NCBI GenBank assembly: GCA_051362555.1
Contig: CM120649.1
Location: forward strand, 4,526,001-4,590,000
Reading direction: 5' to 3'
Length of the DNA stretch: 64,000 nt
DNA from: Lingula anatina
Taxonomy: Eukaryota; Animalia; Brachiopoda
In this document: positions 37,601-50,542 of the stretch, one piece after another
How positions within the stretch are numbered: the first letter of the stretch is position 1
Layout: every line of letters begins with the position of its first letter
The notes under the pieces: generated by a model
The model's input: only the letters and a program-made list of their open reading frames with translations
What the model was told of the DNA's origin: nothing
Database searches by the model: none
Position numbers and translations under genes: made by a program

Positions 37601-37755
37601 CCGTATCTCAGAATTGCAAACATGCTATTGTATGTGTACATGGATGTCGAGATGGTCTCTATACACTTACAAGTTTGACTCAGCTGATTTTGACTGAGAA
37701 AGACGCTCGCCATCAAGGCCAGTACAAGGCTCGGGCAGAACAACAATCCCATCAT
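34644..37755 (-). CDS. Triple-EGF secreted protein gene, copy B (apparently intact), about 181 aa
   Basis: Signal exon 37755-37671 (MMGLLFCPSLVLALMASVFLSQNQLSQT), EGF1 37105-36989 (ECEPDSCYNNGTCEEKVDDPSGFQCSCPSDFFGERCDL), EGF2 36483-36370 (ECRLNKCWNGATCALNTTNLVSSCICPEGYYGTWCKK), EGF3 35937-35797, mini-exon 34887-34855, last exon 34699-34644. All junctions are phase 1 and GT-AG. The 3' exon choice is less certain. Confidence 0.8.
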
Positions 37756-38267
37756 TGATTGATTGATGTTAGATACAGTACTCTTTTATAGCAATTCTAC
37801 GCTGGAATAAAATAAGATATTCAGAAGAAGATAGTGGTAAAATTTCATCATACGTGCATGACAATCTTTAAATTAAATTGGGCTTGCATTTTCGAAAACA
37901 TCGTTTTTACAGTGTATCCATTGCAATTGAACATGGTAGCAGGTTTGGGTGCTGGTTATGATAACATCTTACTCAGCATGGTGGCTAATGTAGTCATTCC
38001 ATTAACGTGACAGAAACTATGAAACTGAAACTCTGCCAAGGGATCGCGGGGCTTCTCGATCAGAACCTTTCTCTTTGATGGAAACGTTTCACTTGAAGAA
38101 CAATTCTTATATAGAATAGTATTTCATCAAACATAAAATTACACCGATGCACATTTTATAAAATCATATTCTATCACATAACATTTTTCAAAATTAAACA
38201 TTTTAAATGTTAGCTAGTCAATGCAGTATTATGATAATAATCATAAGATTTAACTTTTCACTTCCTA

Positions 38268-40900
38268 CACAATGGTCTAATAGCAACTCCCATAGGCCTA
38301 ATAGTCGAACCCTGCAATGTTTTTTTCTGTAAACTTTTTTTTGCTGAAATGCATTATTCAGGCCGAGAGAAGCAAAAATACCTTGGTTGTTATTTCCAAC
38401 ACATTGAGCATTTTTCAAAATGGCCGTCAATTTATGAGGAAATATAGAAGAACTCCCAGAAGTCGCCGGGTATACTTCATTGAGAGTTTCTTTGAACTTT
38501 TATTCAATCAGGGGAGCACAACAGTACTAGTGAACAAACTTGAGCTCGTAACATTTAGCAAAAATGCCAAAATGGCCGTCAAAAATGACAGAAAGTGATA
38601 AAAGCTGCAAAATCATTTTGTTTTTTGCATATTTAGTTTTATTTAAAACATGTCCCGACATACAGTAACAAAAAACAGGCATAAAGAAACAAATCTAAAG
38701 TGTCATGAATAATTTCAAAACAACAAAGACATCAGCCCAACACAAAGTCACAACAGTCAATAGCTGGTATGACCTCTGCTTGCTTTGATGCAGGCGGTGA
38801 TCCGTTGCTCGGGCAATAAATGGGATGATGTCATGCAGAATCCTATTTCAGTCTTGCCGTAGTGCCTGGATCAGCTGCTGCCTTGGCCAACGGACGACAA
38901 AGATAGTACCACAAGTGTTCAATCGGATTCATACCCAGAGAATAGGCAGGCTGGGGTAGGACATCCACCCTTGGGTCTCCAGATACGCTTGGATCATTTG
39001 TGCCGAATGTGGACGGGTCTTGTCCTGTTGGGAAAGGGAGACATCGGGTTGCTGCTGCACGAACGAGGTCATGTGAGGTTGCAGAATATGATCTGTGTAG
39101 TGACGAGCAGTTATTGTCATGTTTCCATCAACAACAATTAACGGTTGACCTACAGCAAGCGTCGACGCACAGTGGGGCTGCTGCTCCGATAGTTGTTCCT
39201 GCCTGGTGCTTCTTGTGTTGTACGACTGGTATGGCGAACTCGGTCTCGCAGATGATGCAACCTAATGTAGCGATCCTGGTCTGGGGTTGACACTAACACG
39301 TCCTGGCTGCGGTCCATCGCCAACAGAGCCTGGCATGTTGTGGCATTCAACCAGGTTCCTGATTGTAGGTTGGGAGCAGCCCATACACTTTAGCTCAATT
39401 CCGACTCCCCTCACAATCAGTGCCCAGAGACGTACGTTGTTCACATGACAGACAGGGCATACTTCTGTTCACTGGACTAACAACAATGGTGGCCTTTTTG
39501 GCCCTTTATAGGCCTCCAAAGTCAATCCTTAAAATGTGGAGATGCCCAATGTGTATTGATCAATGTGTATTTGGTCCACTTTTGCAAAAAGCTAAAACCA
39601 ATGTGCATGAACCATGACAACTCATCATTATCTCAACTACCCGAGCACTAAGCCATCAATAAATCCACAATGAATAATTACAACTCCCCTACAAGAAGAA
39701 ATATGCATACATTCCTATCTCAAAGCTTCCATTGACTGTAAGTATATGTTAGCAAAAACAACATTTCAAATACATGATGTCGATGGGTATAACCATCGCA
39801 TATCCCTGAACTATGTCACGTTGTCAAGAATAGCTGACCTCATGGGCCCCAACCGCTGGCTTTTTATGTCGCTCCCTCGGCCTTGATTTTTTTATAATAA
39901 AATTCATAATAATTCAACAAAAATGACTTTAACCATATTTGTTAAAAATAGTAAAGCGTTTACAAAAAAGGGGTTAGAATAATCAAACCCTAAGAAAAAC
40001 GATTTGACGCCTTTTTTTATTTCAAGATGATATATTTTGCATATACTAGGATGGTAATGCCTACCATAATCATTCACTATGAAACTTTTGATTTAGAATG
40101 AAAGACCAGCCGTCAGGAAGAATATGTTTTATTGTGTGCTGGACCGCAGGTATATATATATATATATATATTTTTCTTTTTTTGCTTTATATAAATTTAT
40201 ATTTGTTTTATTTATGGTCTATTTCAATTAAAAGACTTGTAGTGCTTTTGCCCTTTCCATTATGTTTTGGATGCCATTTTTTATTAAAATGACTTGCAGA
40301 AATGAAATAAATGATCGCAATTTGCATGGATGAATAGATAAATATGCAATGATGAACAATGGATTTCAGCATTCAATTTTATTTGAATATATGGCTCTTG
40401 CTAGTCATATAACAAATTGACAGCCATTTTGAATTTTGAAAAATTATCAATTTCCCGTACGTATCAACTGGCAAAGAAAATCAAGCTTTATAGTTTTTCT
40501 AAGTATTGTAGCCCAGATAAAATAGTTTCTTTTAAAAAAGCTTGCAAGATATACCCGGGTAACATAGCAGGCTTTGACTATGGGACTCGCGGGAGTGGTA
40601 AATGGAATACCAGGAGATGACATCGTCTGCCAACAAATTATCACAATCAACATAAGAGAAAAGGCGGATATGCTTTTAATAAGACTAAATATGCAAAAAA
40701 CGAACTTATATTGCAGCTTTTTGGACGATTATTTTGGCTTTTTTTTTTTGCTAAATGTTATGCACTCAAGTTTATTCACTAGTCTTGCTGTGCTTTCCTG
40801 ATAGGATAAACATTCAAAATGCTCTTAATTAAGTATACCCGACGATCTCGTCGTTTTTCTATTTTTCCTCATAAATTAACAGCCATATTGAAAATGTTCA
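38268..40900 (-). mobile_element. Tc1-family transposon relic with long inverted repeats, in the 5'-UTR intron of copy B
   Basis: Minus-strand fragments STPDQDRYIRLHHLRDR...SSPTVRRRL (Tc1 HTH region) and TARHYTDHILQPH...QQDKTRPHSA (DDE region). 38400-38600 is an imperfect inverted match of 40700-40900. The left end follows TA; the right end is truncated. Absent from other units. Confidence 0.82.
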
Positions 40901-42864
40901 GGACAAAAAGTAAGGAAACTTATTCTTTCACTTTGGTCACAAACATATGTTTCATGCATCGCCACTGTTACAGTGTACCTTATGGTGATCATGTCACATA
41001 TGAGAACCCTTTAATTCACGATAGTGCTTATCTTTTAAGATATTAAAATGCCTGAATATTGTTAAATCAACTTTACTATTCAGTTGCGGATTCCGCTGTT
41101 TTTCGTCTAGCAGAAATGCATATAATCCATTAGTCTATTAACACGCCCGTAGCTTGACAATATATAATTCAATTTGCTTGATAGGCAGTAGCGATAAATG
41201 TATGATGAAATAATGGTAAGCATGACACATATGATAACCATTCAATTCGCGATAGTGCTCATCTTTTAAGGTATTAAAATGCCCGAATATTTAAAAAAAA
41301 CAACTTTGCAAGTGATTTGCAGGTTGTGTAAATTTCCACTGATTTTCGTTTAGCAGAAGTGTACATAATCCAATTGTCACAGAGACCATACCCCTGTACC
41401 TGCAGGACCGACGAGCGTCCATTAACACGCCCGTAGAATGGCAACGACTTTCAAATCAATATGCTTTATAGTCTATAGCGATAAATGTATGATGAAATCA
41501 ATTGAAATAAGATTTGCTCTATATTTGATTGTCTACGAAATAGTTTCAATAAATGGAAAATGCCATTATTCTTCTTTTTAATTCAAAAGGCGGTTGTTTG
41601 AACCAAGATTACCATCTCCTGTATTAATCACTCTTTGATGGTATTTATGTTCATTGGATTCCTGGCCAAGCATGAACAACACATATTTGAGAGGAAGCAC
41701 TACCCTCCACCAGAACCACCAAGAGATATTTCACTGTTTCATTACCAACAATCGATGTGTGCAGGGGATCACCTTAAAGTTGCAGAATTGCACCGATCAA
41801 AACATTTCAAAGTTAACATAAAACTTACCTCGATTTTCCTCGTTGAAGTCAGGTGAGGGAATGACACGTCTCCTCGCCTCTGGTTATTAAGGTTATTAAC
41901 ATACTGCCAGCACCGGTACATCAGTGTATCTCGTGAAAAACGAGGCACACGGCAAACCATCCAATCACGATGGTTCTTATTTGAATATCGATGCCCCGTT
42001 TACCATCATACGCCGTTTGCGGGTTTTTCATCGGCTTCTTTCGTTCAGCATGAAACGTGTTCTTTGACATTTGACCCAGAAAACTTACATATCGGGACTT
42101 CCATTAAAACACCCGTAGCTTGACAAATATTAGTATTGAGGTAAAGTGGTAAAGGAAACTCAGGCCAACTTTATGAATGTCAATATGGATTGCAATGTTA
42201 GCCGGCGAATTTACCTAGTTATAACGAAAAAGGAATCAGATGAAATTCAGTCTCTCTCTCTCTCTCTCTCTCATGTGTTTGAGGTGTGTGTGCGCTACTT
42301 AAACTGCTGGATGGGGGCGAGATAGTGACAGGCAGCCAAAAACATTCAACCAGAGTTCATGAAGGTCTATAACAACATTGCGATATTATATTTGTATTGC
42401 TCAGTTAAATCAAATCTATGATATTATTCTTTCCGTGGCAGCGATCTAGCTATCAGTTTTTTCCTTCCATTTCTCCCTCTCTCTCTCTCTCTCTCTCTTG
42501 GTCGTGTGTGTGTGTGTGTGTGTGTTTGTGTGCGACACAGTCATGGAATAACAGCCAAAACAACCAAAACATTCAACCAAAAGGGCCTCTCGGACCAGTG
42601 AGCTATTTTATTTGCATCACCCAGTTAATTTCAGTGCTACCTTGATACAGGACGTCGAATTAAAAACAATAATGGAACGTCTGACGCTTTGGATGATATG
42701 AAATTAATTCCAGCATATGACTATATGAAAAGCTATGCTTTTTAATTAAGTTGCATCGTTTATTCTGGAAGCAAATTCGGACTTTGTCAACAGATATGAT
42801 TTAGGCCGAGGAAATAAAACTTTAAGAATTATATCTGTGGCATCGACCCAGCTTTTTCCCTCCA

Positions 42865-42940
<76 letters not shown>

Positions 42941-43576
42941 TAACATGCGTAAACAGCTAGGTGAGGGCGAGGAATTGTTGGAATAATAGCCAAAAAATTA
43001 AACAAAAGTATGCTTCTCACACCAGTGAGATATTTTATTTGAATCATCGCTTGGTAATTTTCATTTATGATCCAACTACCAAACTAATTAACATTTTTGC
43101 TCATTTATGGTAATGATATTTTATCATGATATACATATTTTTATTTATTCTACCATGATCTCAACATAATAAAATGCAGTTCTAAAAATGATTCAATTCC
43201 CATCGTATATCTGTGCTCATGTGTGAAAAGAGTATGAGATGTCGAATCAGATGGATCCACATATGATACAAAAAAGAGACACCTCGGATCATTCATTGTG
43301 AGACTAATGTCCAAACAATTATGTATACAAAACAATTACCTGCACTTACTCGATACACAGGGTGCATTTATGTTGATGATTTATTTGCCTGTATAGACAA
43401 ATCGCTTAATCTTATTTTCGGTGATATTTAACACGTGAGTTGTTGTTCTTGCACAACACGTGATTCCATAGCCCACTATTACTTCTAAAATGACATGGTA
43501 GCAACAAAATACCGGACAATTATTAATTAAACCTTTAAGACACGAATATTTTGCTGAGTAAACATCACTCTTATTC

Positions 43577-43874
43577 AGGCCTACTCAACTACCAGACATC
43601 GATCCTGAACTCAGCGGTATATCGGACCAAAATATCCGTTTTCAAGGTGTGTATCAGTGCGCGCTTCGAAGTCTCAGACGCGACACCGCTCTTGCCTGGT
43701 ACGCGATGTAATAGTGATGATTCTAAGCGGGGTTGGACAGTAGTGAATCTCATCTCAGATTTTGTTCCGTGGTATGATATTGTGAAATGCATACCCTTGA
43801 AAACGGGTAGTGTGGTCCGATCTACCGGTGAATTCGGGATCATTCGATGCCGTGTCTATTAATTGGGAAGGCCT
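43577..43874. mobile_element. Palindromic MITE (copy in unit B)
   Basis: Termini aggcctactcaacta / taattgggaaggcct with long inverted arms; a paralogous copy at the same position in unit C shows it predates the duplication. Confidence 0.7.
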
Positions 43875-45822
43875 GTTATTGACACCCATGCACCATAGAT
43901 TGGTTGAAAATATGTGGTTTTGAATTGTAATCGATTACTTTCTTCAAGTTGAAATGAATTATTCAATCACATTTTTTACAATAAGATAATAAGATTGCAT
44001 AATCGGGTTGATTACCATAGTGAAACGAACGCTTGGTGCGCTAGTAATTCCATTAGAATACATTTTAAGACGTAAGTAGCACTTATATGGGCAATAGTGC
44101 TCTTTGCACAAGGGATAGTGAAGGAATTGCTTGCGAATATCAATCGACGTTTTTTTTTTTCATGAAATTATTATCGGTAACAGATATGAACTTGGTTTTT
44201 CTTCCTTTCCTTCATCTTTTGAAAATATCATTTTTATTACTCAAAGTTCTTAATACCGTGAAGTTTGAAGTGGGAAAACTTAACACCTGGTTTTCAGCTA
44301 TCTCATATTAGCTCTATTTTTTTTTTTTTTTTTTTTTGCACACGAAGCACTCAGGTAAACAAACTTTGACGTAACAGTGTCCTGAATTAAACACGAGCAT
44401 GTATCAAAAATAGCAAGTGTTAAAAGAATATATACATATGATTGCATATCATGTATATCCAATTACGCGTGATGTCGTATTCTTAAACAGCAAACATCCT
44501 GTCATTTACGTTAGAAGCCCTGGATGTGAATACGTGTATAAGAACATGTAACGCTGTGAATTTCGAATACCATGCATTAAAGAACCAACATTCTGTCTCC
44601 CAAAACTAAGATTAAAGGTGTTTGGAGATCTTAAAGTGTATTAGTGAAGGACAAACTAACGCGTTTCTGGGAAGTTTACTTTTAATGCAACTGAGAATAG
44701 GTATGACCTGTGCAGCATAGGACCTGTGCATGGGGACAGCATAGGAATGAATAAGACAAGATCGTTGTCATATCTTCAATTTCAACCTTTTTTATTTTTA
44801 TCAAGGCAAGAACATGAGTTTGGTGGTATTTGGATATCTCTGCTGTGCAAACCATTACTTTCCATTCTAACGGCCGATATGTGAGGCGACGGACGTTGAC
44901 GTCACAGTAACGTTCGTGTTCAAATGGCAGCCAAATGGGGTCACGTTAATATCTCAACTCACCATCGCATAGGCTAAGAAGGGTGTATGTTGCTAAGTTA
45001 TTGGCTTACGTGCGCCTCCGTTATTTACAAGTGGTGTATAAAGTAAAATCAAGTTAGTTAGATAACTTCCTCAAGAGTAAACGGGTTGAAAATTGTTTGA
45101 ACACTAGACAAGGATGGAAAATATCAAAAGTATTTAAAATTTGATTCGATTTATTATTTAACAGTCAAAATGTTTTTTTCCATCACGTTTAAAACAAATG
45201 CAAACTGGATTTTGAGCATGACGCATTGGAGTTGATATTCTAGATTCTTAATTGAAAAAATAAAAGACTCATAGAAATTACCTTAAAAGAAGATACTGAA
45301 CGGTGAAAAGACATGATAGAAATTACCTTAAAAGGAGATACTGAACGGTGAAAAGACATGATAGAATGGGCTATTCTTGTGATCACGCATGTCGAGACGG
45401 TGATTAAAGGATAAACAGTTGCAACCCATCCTCGTAGCCATATAACAAAACAATTGTATATAAATTGTATATTTAAATTGTAAAATGTGTACCGGGGTAC
45501 ACCAAATTACATTACAATATATATAAAAAAACATAAGTTTGCAAATATCTAGATATGCCACTTATGGTCTTGAAACCAACTTAAAGAAACGGCCTATCGA
45601 AATATCCTACGCAAAAAAAAGGGGTTATAAATGAATCATCACCATTGGAATACCTAGATTTGTCTGTGAATTCAAGAGTTCAACGGAGAAGTAAGTCAAA
45701 ATATATCCACAGCATGCGATACGTCAGTTGCCATAGAGAGTGATCAGAAATAAGCTACCAGATTTGCAACTTTACTCCTGTCTACAGATTTAGGTAACAG
45801 ACTGGGCGATGGGAAGTCCCGG

Positions 45823-45914
45823 CTATGGTACCCGTATCAGCAAAGGGTACGAGGCAAGTAAGTAGGCCGTACAGGTTTGGTACCTCATAACGCATTGCAC
45901 AGTGCTAACTTCAT
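45823..45914 (-). pseudogene. vWA gene remnant with about 1.55-kb internal deletion
   Basis: ATGAAGTTAGC is joined directly to last-exon sequence at 45905/45906. In the paralog these points are 58757 and 57211, with GC microhomology. Confidence 0.85.
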
Positions 45915-47436
45915 CTTCAGCGACAGCAAGAACGTGGTGAACGTGCAGATGATAGAGGAGAAGCTACCTCGAATTTTTGACAGAGAGACAGACGTACAAA
46001 CAAATACTTAAAAAGGAAAAAAGCAACCTGCACTTACTCACACAGGTTGCATTCATTATATTTCATTTCCGTCTATGGACTAATAGGCTTACCTCACTCT
46101 GAATGTTATTTTCACACATTGCTTTTTTAGCGCAAACACGTGCTTCCAAGGCTGAATTACTTTAACCTTGATAACGACATTGTAGCGGTGAATACAAGAC
46201 AATTACTATGTATTCTTTATAACTTGGGCATGTTGCTAAAGTAAACATTGCTTCTATTGACACCTGCTCTATAGATACACGGGAAGTAAAGAAAGCATGC
46301 TATTTGAATTGCAGTTGATTTCTTTACTTTTAAAGGTATTACAGACAGATTATTTACCATAACTTATTCAAATTACTAATCAGACTAATTAGAATTGCGT
46401 GATATGATATATACACGAATCCTGGCGCAATGTAAACTGATTCAATTGAAAGACATTAAAGACGTTCGTGGAAGAAAAATACGGGTAATGACGGTCTTTA
46501 CACGAAGGTAATGGAAGGGGCAACTTGTAAACGTTAACACAAAATTTAAGAAGTATAAATATTTTGATGCATCTAGAAAGATCAACAGAAAAGTTGTTAA
46601 ATAAAGTCCGAGCTTTCGGCCCCTGGGCCTTCTTCGGGGATTATGAACAAAAAGTAGAAAAACAAACTCCTAGGATACGTGACGTCGGTGATGTGTTGAA
46701 GACATGCGATGGCCCAAAAGCGTGCTATACGTAAACAACGTCAAAATTACGTAACAAAGAAAAAATCAATATTCATTTAAAAAAACATTATCCCTATTGA
46801 GTCCATTATTCAAGGTGTTTAGTGTTCTTATAAATTTCTGTTCGGCGATCCGTCTTTGTCTAGTTTCCAGTGAGGAAAATGGAAATTTTAGAATCGAAAC
46901 AGAAACTTCCGGTGAAAAATATGCCACCCGTTTTGGAAATTCTTCAGGAGATTCGAGACGCTGACATTGATCACAAGGTACTGGCTTCGAAACAAAATGA
47001 ACCTTTAATTAAAAGCTAACTGTCTTTATCTTATTTTTAAATTGTTAAAACAATTTTTTGTTTTAATTTTGCTTTCCGTTTGGTATTGACATGAAGAAAT
47101 ACACTGTTTTCCGGACCGAGCATTATAGAAGTTTCCAACACAATTGGGACAACAATTACGAGAGTTAAGGAGCGGAGATAAGTGTGTTCTATTATGCCGC
47201 AGATATAAAGTTCGTAAGATTAAATTAACGAAGAAGCTTTTCGTTTTAATGAAATTCCCAAGAGTTTCCCAGGCTTGTAGCAACCCAGTTTTCAGCGGGT
47301 GGGGTGTCCACTTTATTCCAAAGATTGACATGGTAGAGCAAAGCAGCTACAGTATACCAACACAGTCAGGTATTTTGAACTAGTGGTTGTATACTTTACA
47401 CAGTTTTGTAATAAGAAACGGATTTTGATGGACTTT

Positions 47437-48499
47437 TCAGGAAAGGGCAAGAATGGGCCTCCTTGAATTTTCATTCTGATCAGGATCACCATCTGCATTG
47501 ATAGATTTTAAAAAATGATTCTTTGCCATTGCCGGAAAGGGTCAATGGCCATGAGCCCAAAAATCACGAAAGGTGTTTTGAGGTCGTTGTGCAAAGGGTT
47601 TGCTCACAACTGCACTTGTACCACAATTTGGATATGATGCAACCTTACTGAGTTTGTAGATCGTAGCATTGGGGAGGCTGTAATGGAGATAATTAACTGA
47701 TTAACGAAATACAATGCCCAGAGTAATTTATTTTCGGTTGGTATACTTAATTCAAATATAATTTGCAGTGTCCAAATAAAAATGTATTATATATTTGGAA
47801 ATAACTGTGTATCCCCTTTTGCATTTTTTAAATTTCCTTTTCTGGGTGTTTATTTCGTCGATTCTGAAAGAAAAGAAATATATTTTATGAACACCTTGAC
47901 CCCTTCATATTAGAACACATTTTGGTGAATTCATTCATGTACAAACAATTTTTTTTTCAGTGTTAATATTTTAATAAAATAATTTTAATAGAAATGATAA
48001 AATCAAATAAATCATAATTATGTTAGAAATATGACCTTTTAGAACTCCTTTGAACTTTCGACGTCTTAAATACTTTCACATATTGTTGAATAACGCATAA
48101 TAATAAGCATACATGAACAGACTTATATAAACAATGCATATGTTATGTACATATCTTAATGTAATGTACATTGTCCTTTACCCAATTTTTTATTAGATTC
48201 CATTGATATAGGCATTATCTGACATCAAATTGCTCAATTTATTATTTATATTTGTATTATTTATTTTTTCAACCACCGATTTATATGACCCTTGGTACGG
48301 TCTTTAGCGTTGATTTCCGGTTGCTGCCTAGCTATCAATGAGTGAAGTAAGGATCAAGATTCGCGTCAAAAACAAAATGATCATTACCAAACATGTAATT
48401 GATTATTTTTCTTTACAGAATAATACTGTTGGTCAGTTTCAGTAAGTAGCCAAACGTTTGGCCTGCCTTGCAATAGGGAGTTAAGACGAAAAAATTGAT

Positions 48500-48557
<58 letters not shown>

Positions 48558-50542
48558 GTTCAAGAATGTTCAATAATCCAGTTGTTCTATAAGACTTACA
48601 CTTGCAGTGCAATCCGTCCCAACGGTAACCATCGTTGCAAATACAATAGTGGTAAAATCCTGTATCGCAGTTCTCATTGTTCTCAGGCAATGGCTTATAA
48701 AGAAATGTGTCATAGCATGTGGCGTTTTCCCCACATTTTGCTGAAAAATAAAACACATGCTGTCACTGGCTCGCAACAGAATACTTGAAAATTTTGAACC
48801 AACTTATAACAGGCGATATCATATGACTTTTTCACCTAAACACTGGAATAATTTATTTGTGTTATAGTGTATAAACAGAGATCTAGAGCCATGGGATCTG
48901 TTTTTATGAGTTCCACCTAATCACTTGGATTTGCTAGTTATATTATAGATAATCAGCAGGGATCTAGACCCATATGACTTGATATCAGTGTATAGAAGTT
49001 ACTCTTACATATCCATTGGTATCAATATTTGTATTGGTCAATTTGCTTTGTATTTTGTATTTGTATTTGTATTTTTGCTGTATGTTTTACAACTTACAGC
49101 TGTCAGCTGTTATTAGTCAATACTGAGATACAGAATGTATGCATATTAGAAGGGTACGGCTTAACTCTTTTACACCATGTTCCGAAATAACCCTCGAGAC
49201 AAATGCACGACGATTGCGAATCCGTTGTATTAACTACCCACGTTGCACCATTCCAGCATCTATTAAACCAGCACTTACCTGAAATGAGATATTGCAAGAC
49301 TTATAAAATGGTACGCATGCTCTTTCAGTTGAAATGATTCAATTCTCATAATTTGAGCATTAATTAAGACAGGATAAGGTAAATCCCACTGAAATATGTG
49401 AAATTCATTCTGTACATAATTTGCACCACACACTTAATTGCGTACTTATGCTCAGCTTTTTTTCTCTTCAGAATTAAAAGCACTGAAACTGGACGCTGTC
49501 AATTCTGCGTTAATAATGGACCACCGCGCGCAATCGACGAATCAAACAATGATGACATACTGTTCAATTCACAAAAAATCTAAAAATAATAAATTAATAA
49601 ATAAATAAATAAAGCAAAAACTCTTGGGAAGACAACAATGTTAATGAATAAATTGTATTAAATGAAGCATATGCGCTGATATCAATTGTTGCAATAGTAA
49701 AATGCTTCCTAACATTTTGTCGAACTATTTCCTGTTATTCACAAAGGGTGATTGTAAGTGTTACAAGGGCAGTGCTTACTCAAGTCGCATCTTTCTCCGA
49801 AAAAATCACTGGGACAAATGCACTGGAAGCCAGACGGATCATCAACTTTTTCTTCGCACGTCCCATCATTATAGCAACTGCCAGGCTTGCATTTGTCTGA
49901 AGATAGATGTTGCAAGGCAATTTAAATGTTAGGTATGCTCTATCATTCTTCACATACATGGTTGAAACTTTTGTAATCCAAACAATTTAACAGGTAGATC
50001 ATGCAAATCTAACGTTTTTCACACTGCTAGGCTTGCACGCCAAGTCTGAATGATTTAAAAATCCATCTACAGAGAGGTCTCCGCTGTGGTCCAGGAAGTC
50101 ATGAGTTTGATCCCCATGGCCTGGTCATACTAAAAACCATTGTAATAGTACCTGCTGCCTCCTCGTTTATTACTCAGCATATTGAGGTTGAAGGAAAAGA
50201 CCTGGCCATATGGTAGTATTGGTTATTGTAAATCCTTACTACGAGAGGCACATATACCGCAGCTTGGATTGCTTTCTCCGCGGGGAGATGGTAATGACTT
50301 TAGAATTAAAAAGATCTATAAAAACCAGGCATATAATTATTGCAATCAAGCAATGTTGAGACCAAAATGCTGAGACGAAAATTGATACCGTAATTCAGAC
50401 TTTCAAACATGCTATTGTAAATGAACTTTGATGTCGAATTGATCTTTATACACTTACAAGTTTGACTCAGTTGATTTTGAATGAGAAAGACACACGCCAT
50501 CATGGCGAGAGCAAGGCTCGGGCGGAACAACAATCCCATCAT
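47437..50542 (-). CDS. Triple-EGF secreted protein gene, copy C; EGF2 exon probably non-functional or skipped
   Basis: Signal 50542-50458, EGF1 49896-49780 (KCKPGSCYNDGTC...), EGF2 49278-49165 with a Cys>Trp change (NGATW) and donor GT>TT at 49164, EGF3 48740-48600 (KCGENATCYDTFLYKPLPENNENCDTGFYHYCICNDGYRWDGLHCK). The 29-nt mini-exon makes the 3' end uncertain. Confidence 0.65.

Noticed and set aside
48502-48556. Long poly-A as a retrocopy tail or poly-Lys ORF
   Set aside because: Expansion of an intronic A-run that is short in the paralogous introns; no TSD or retroposed body.
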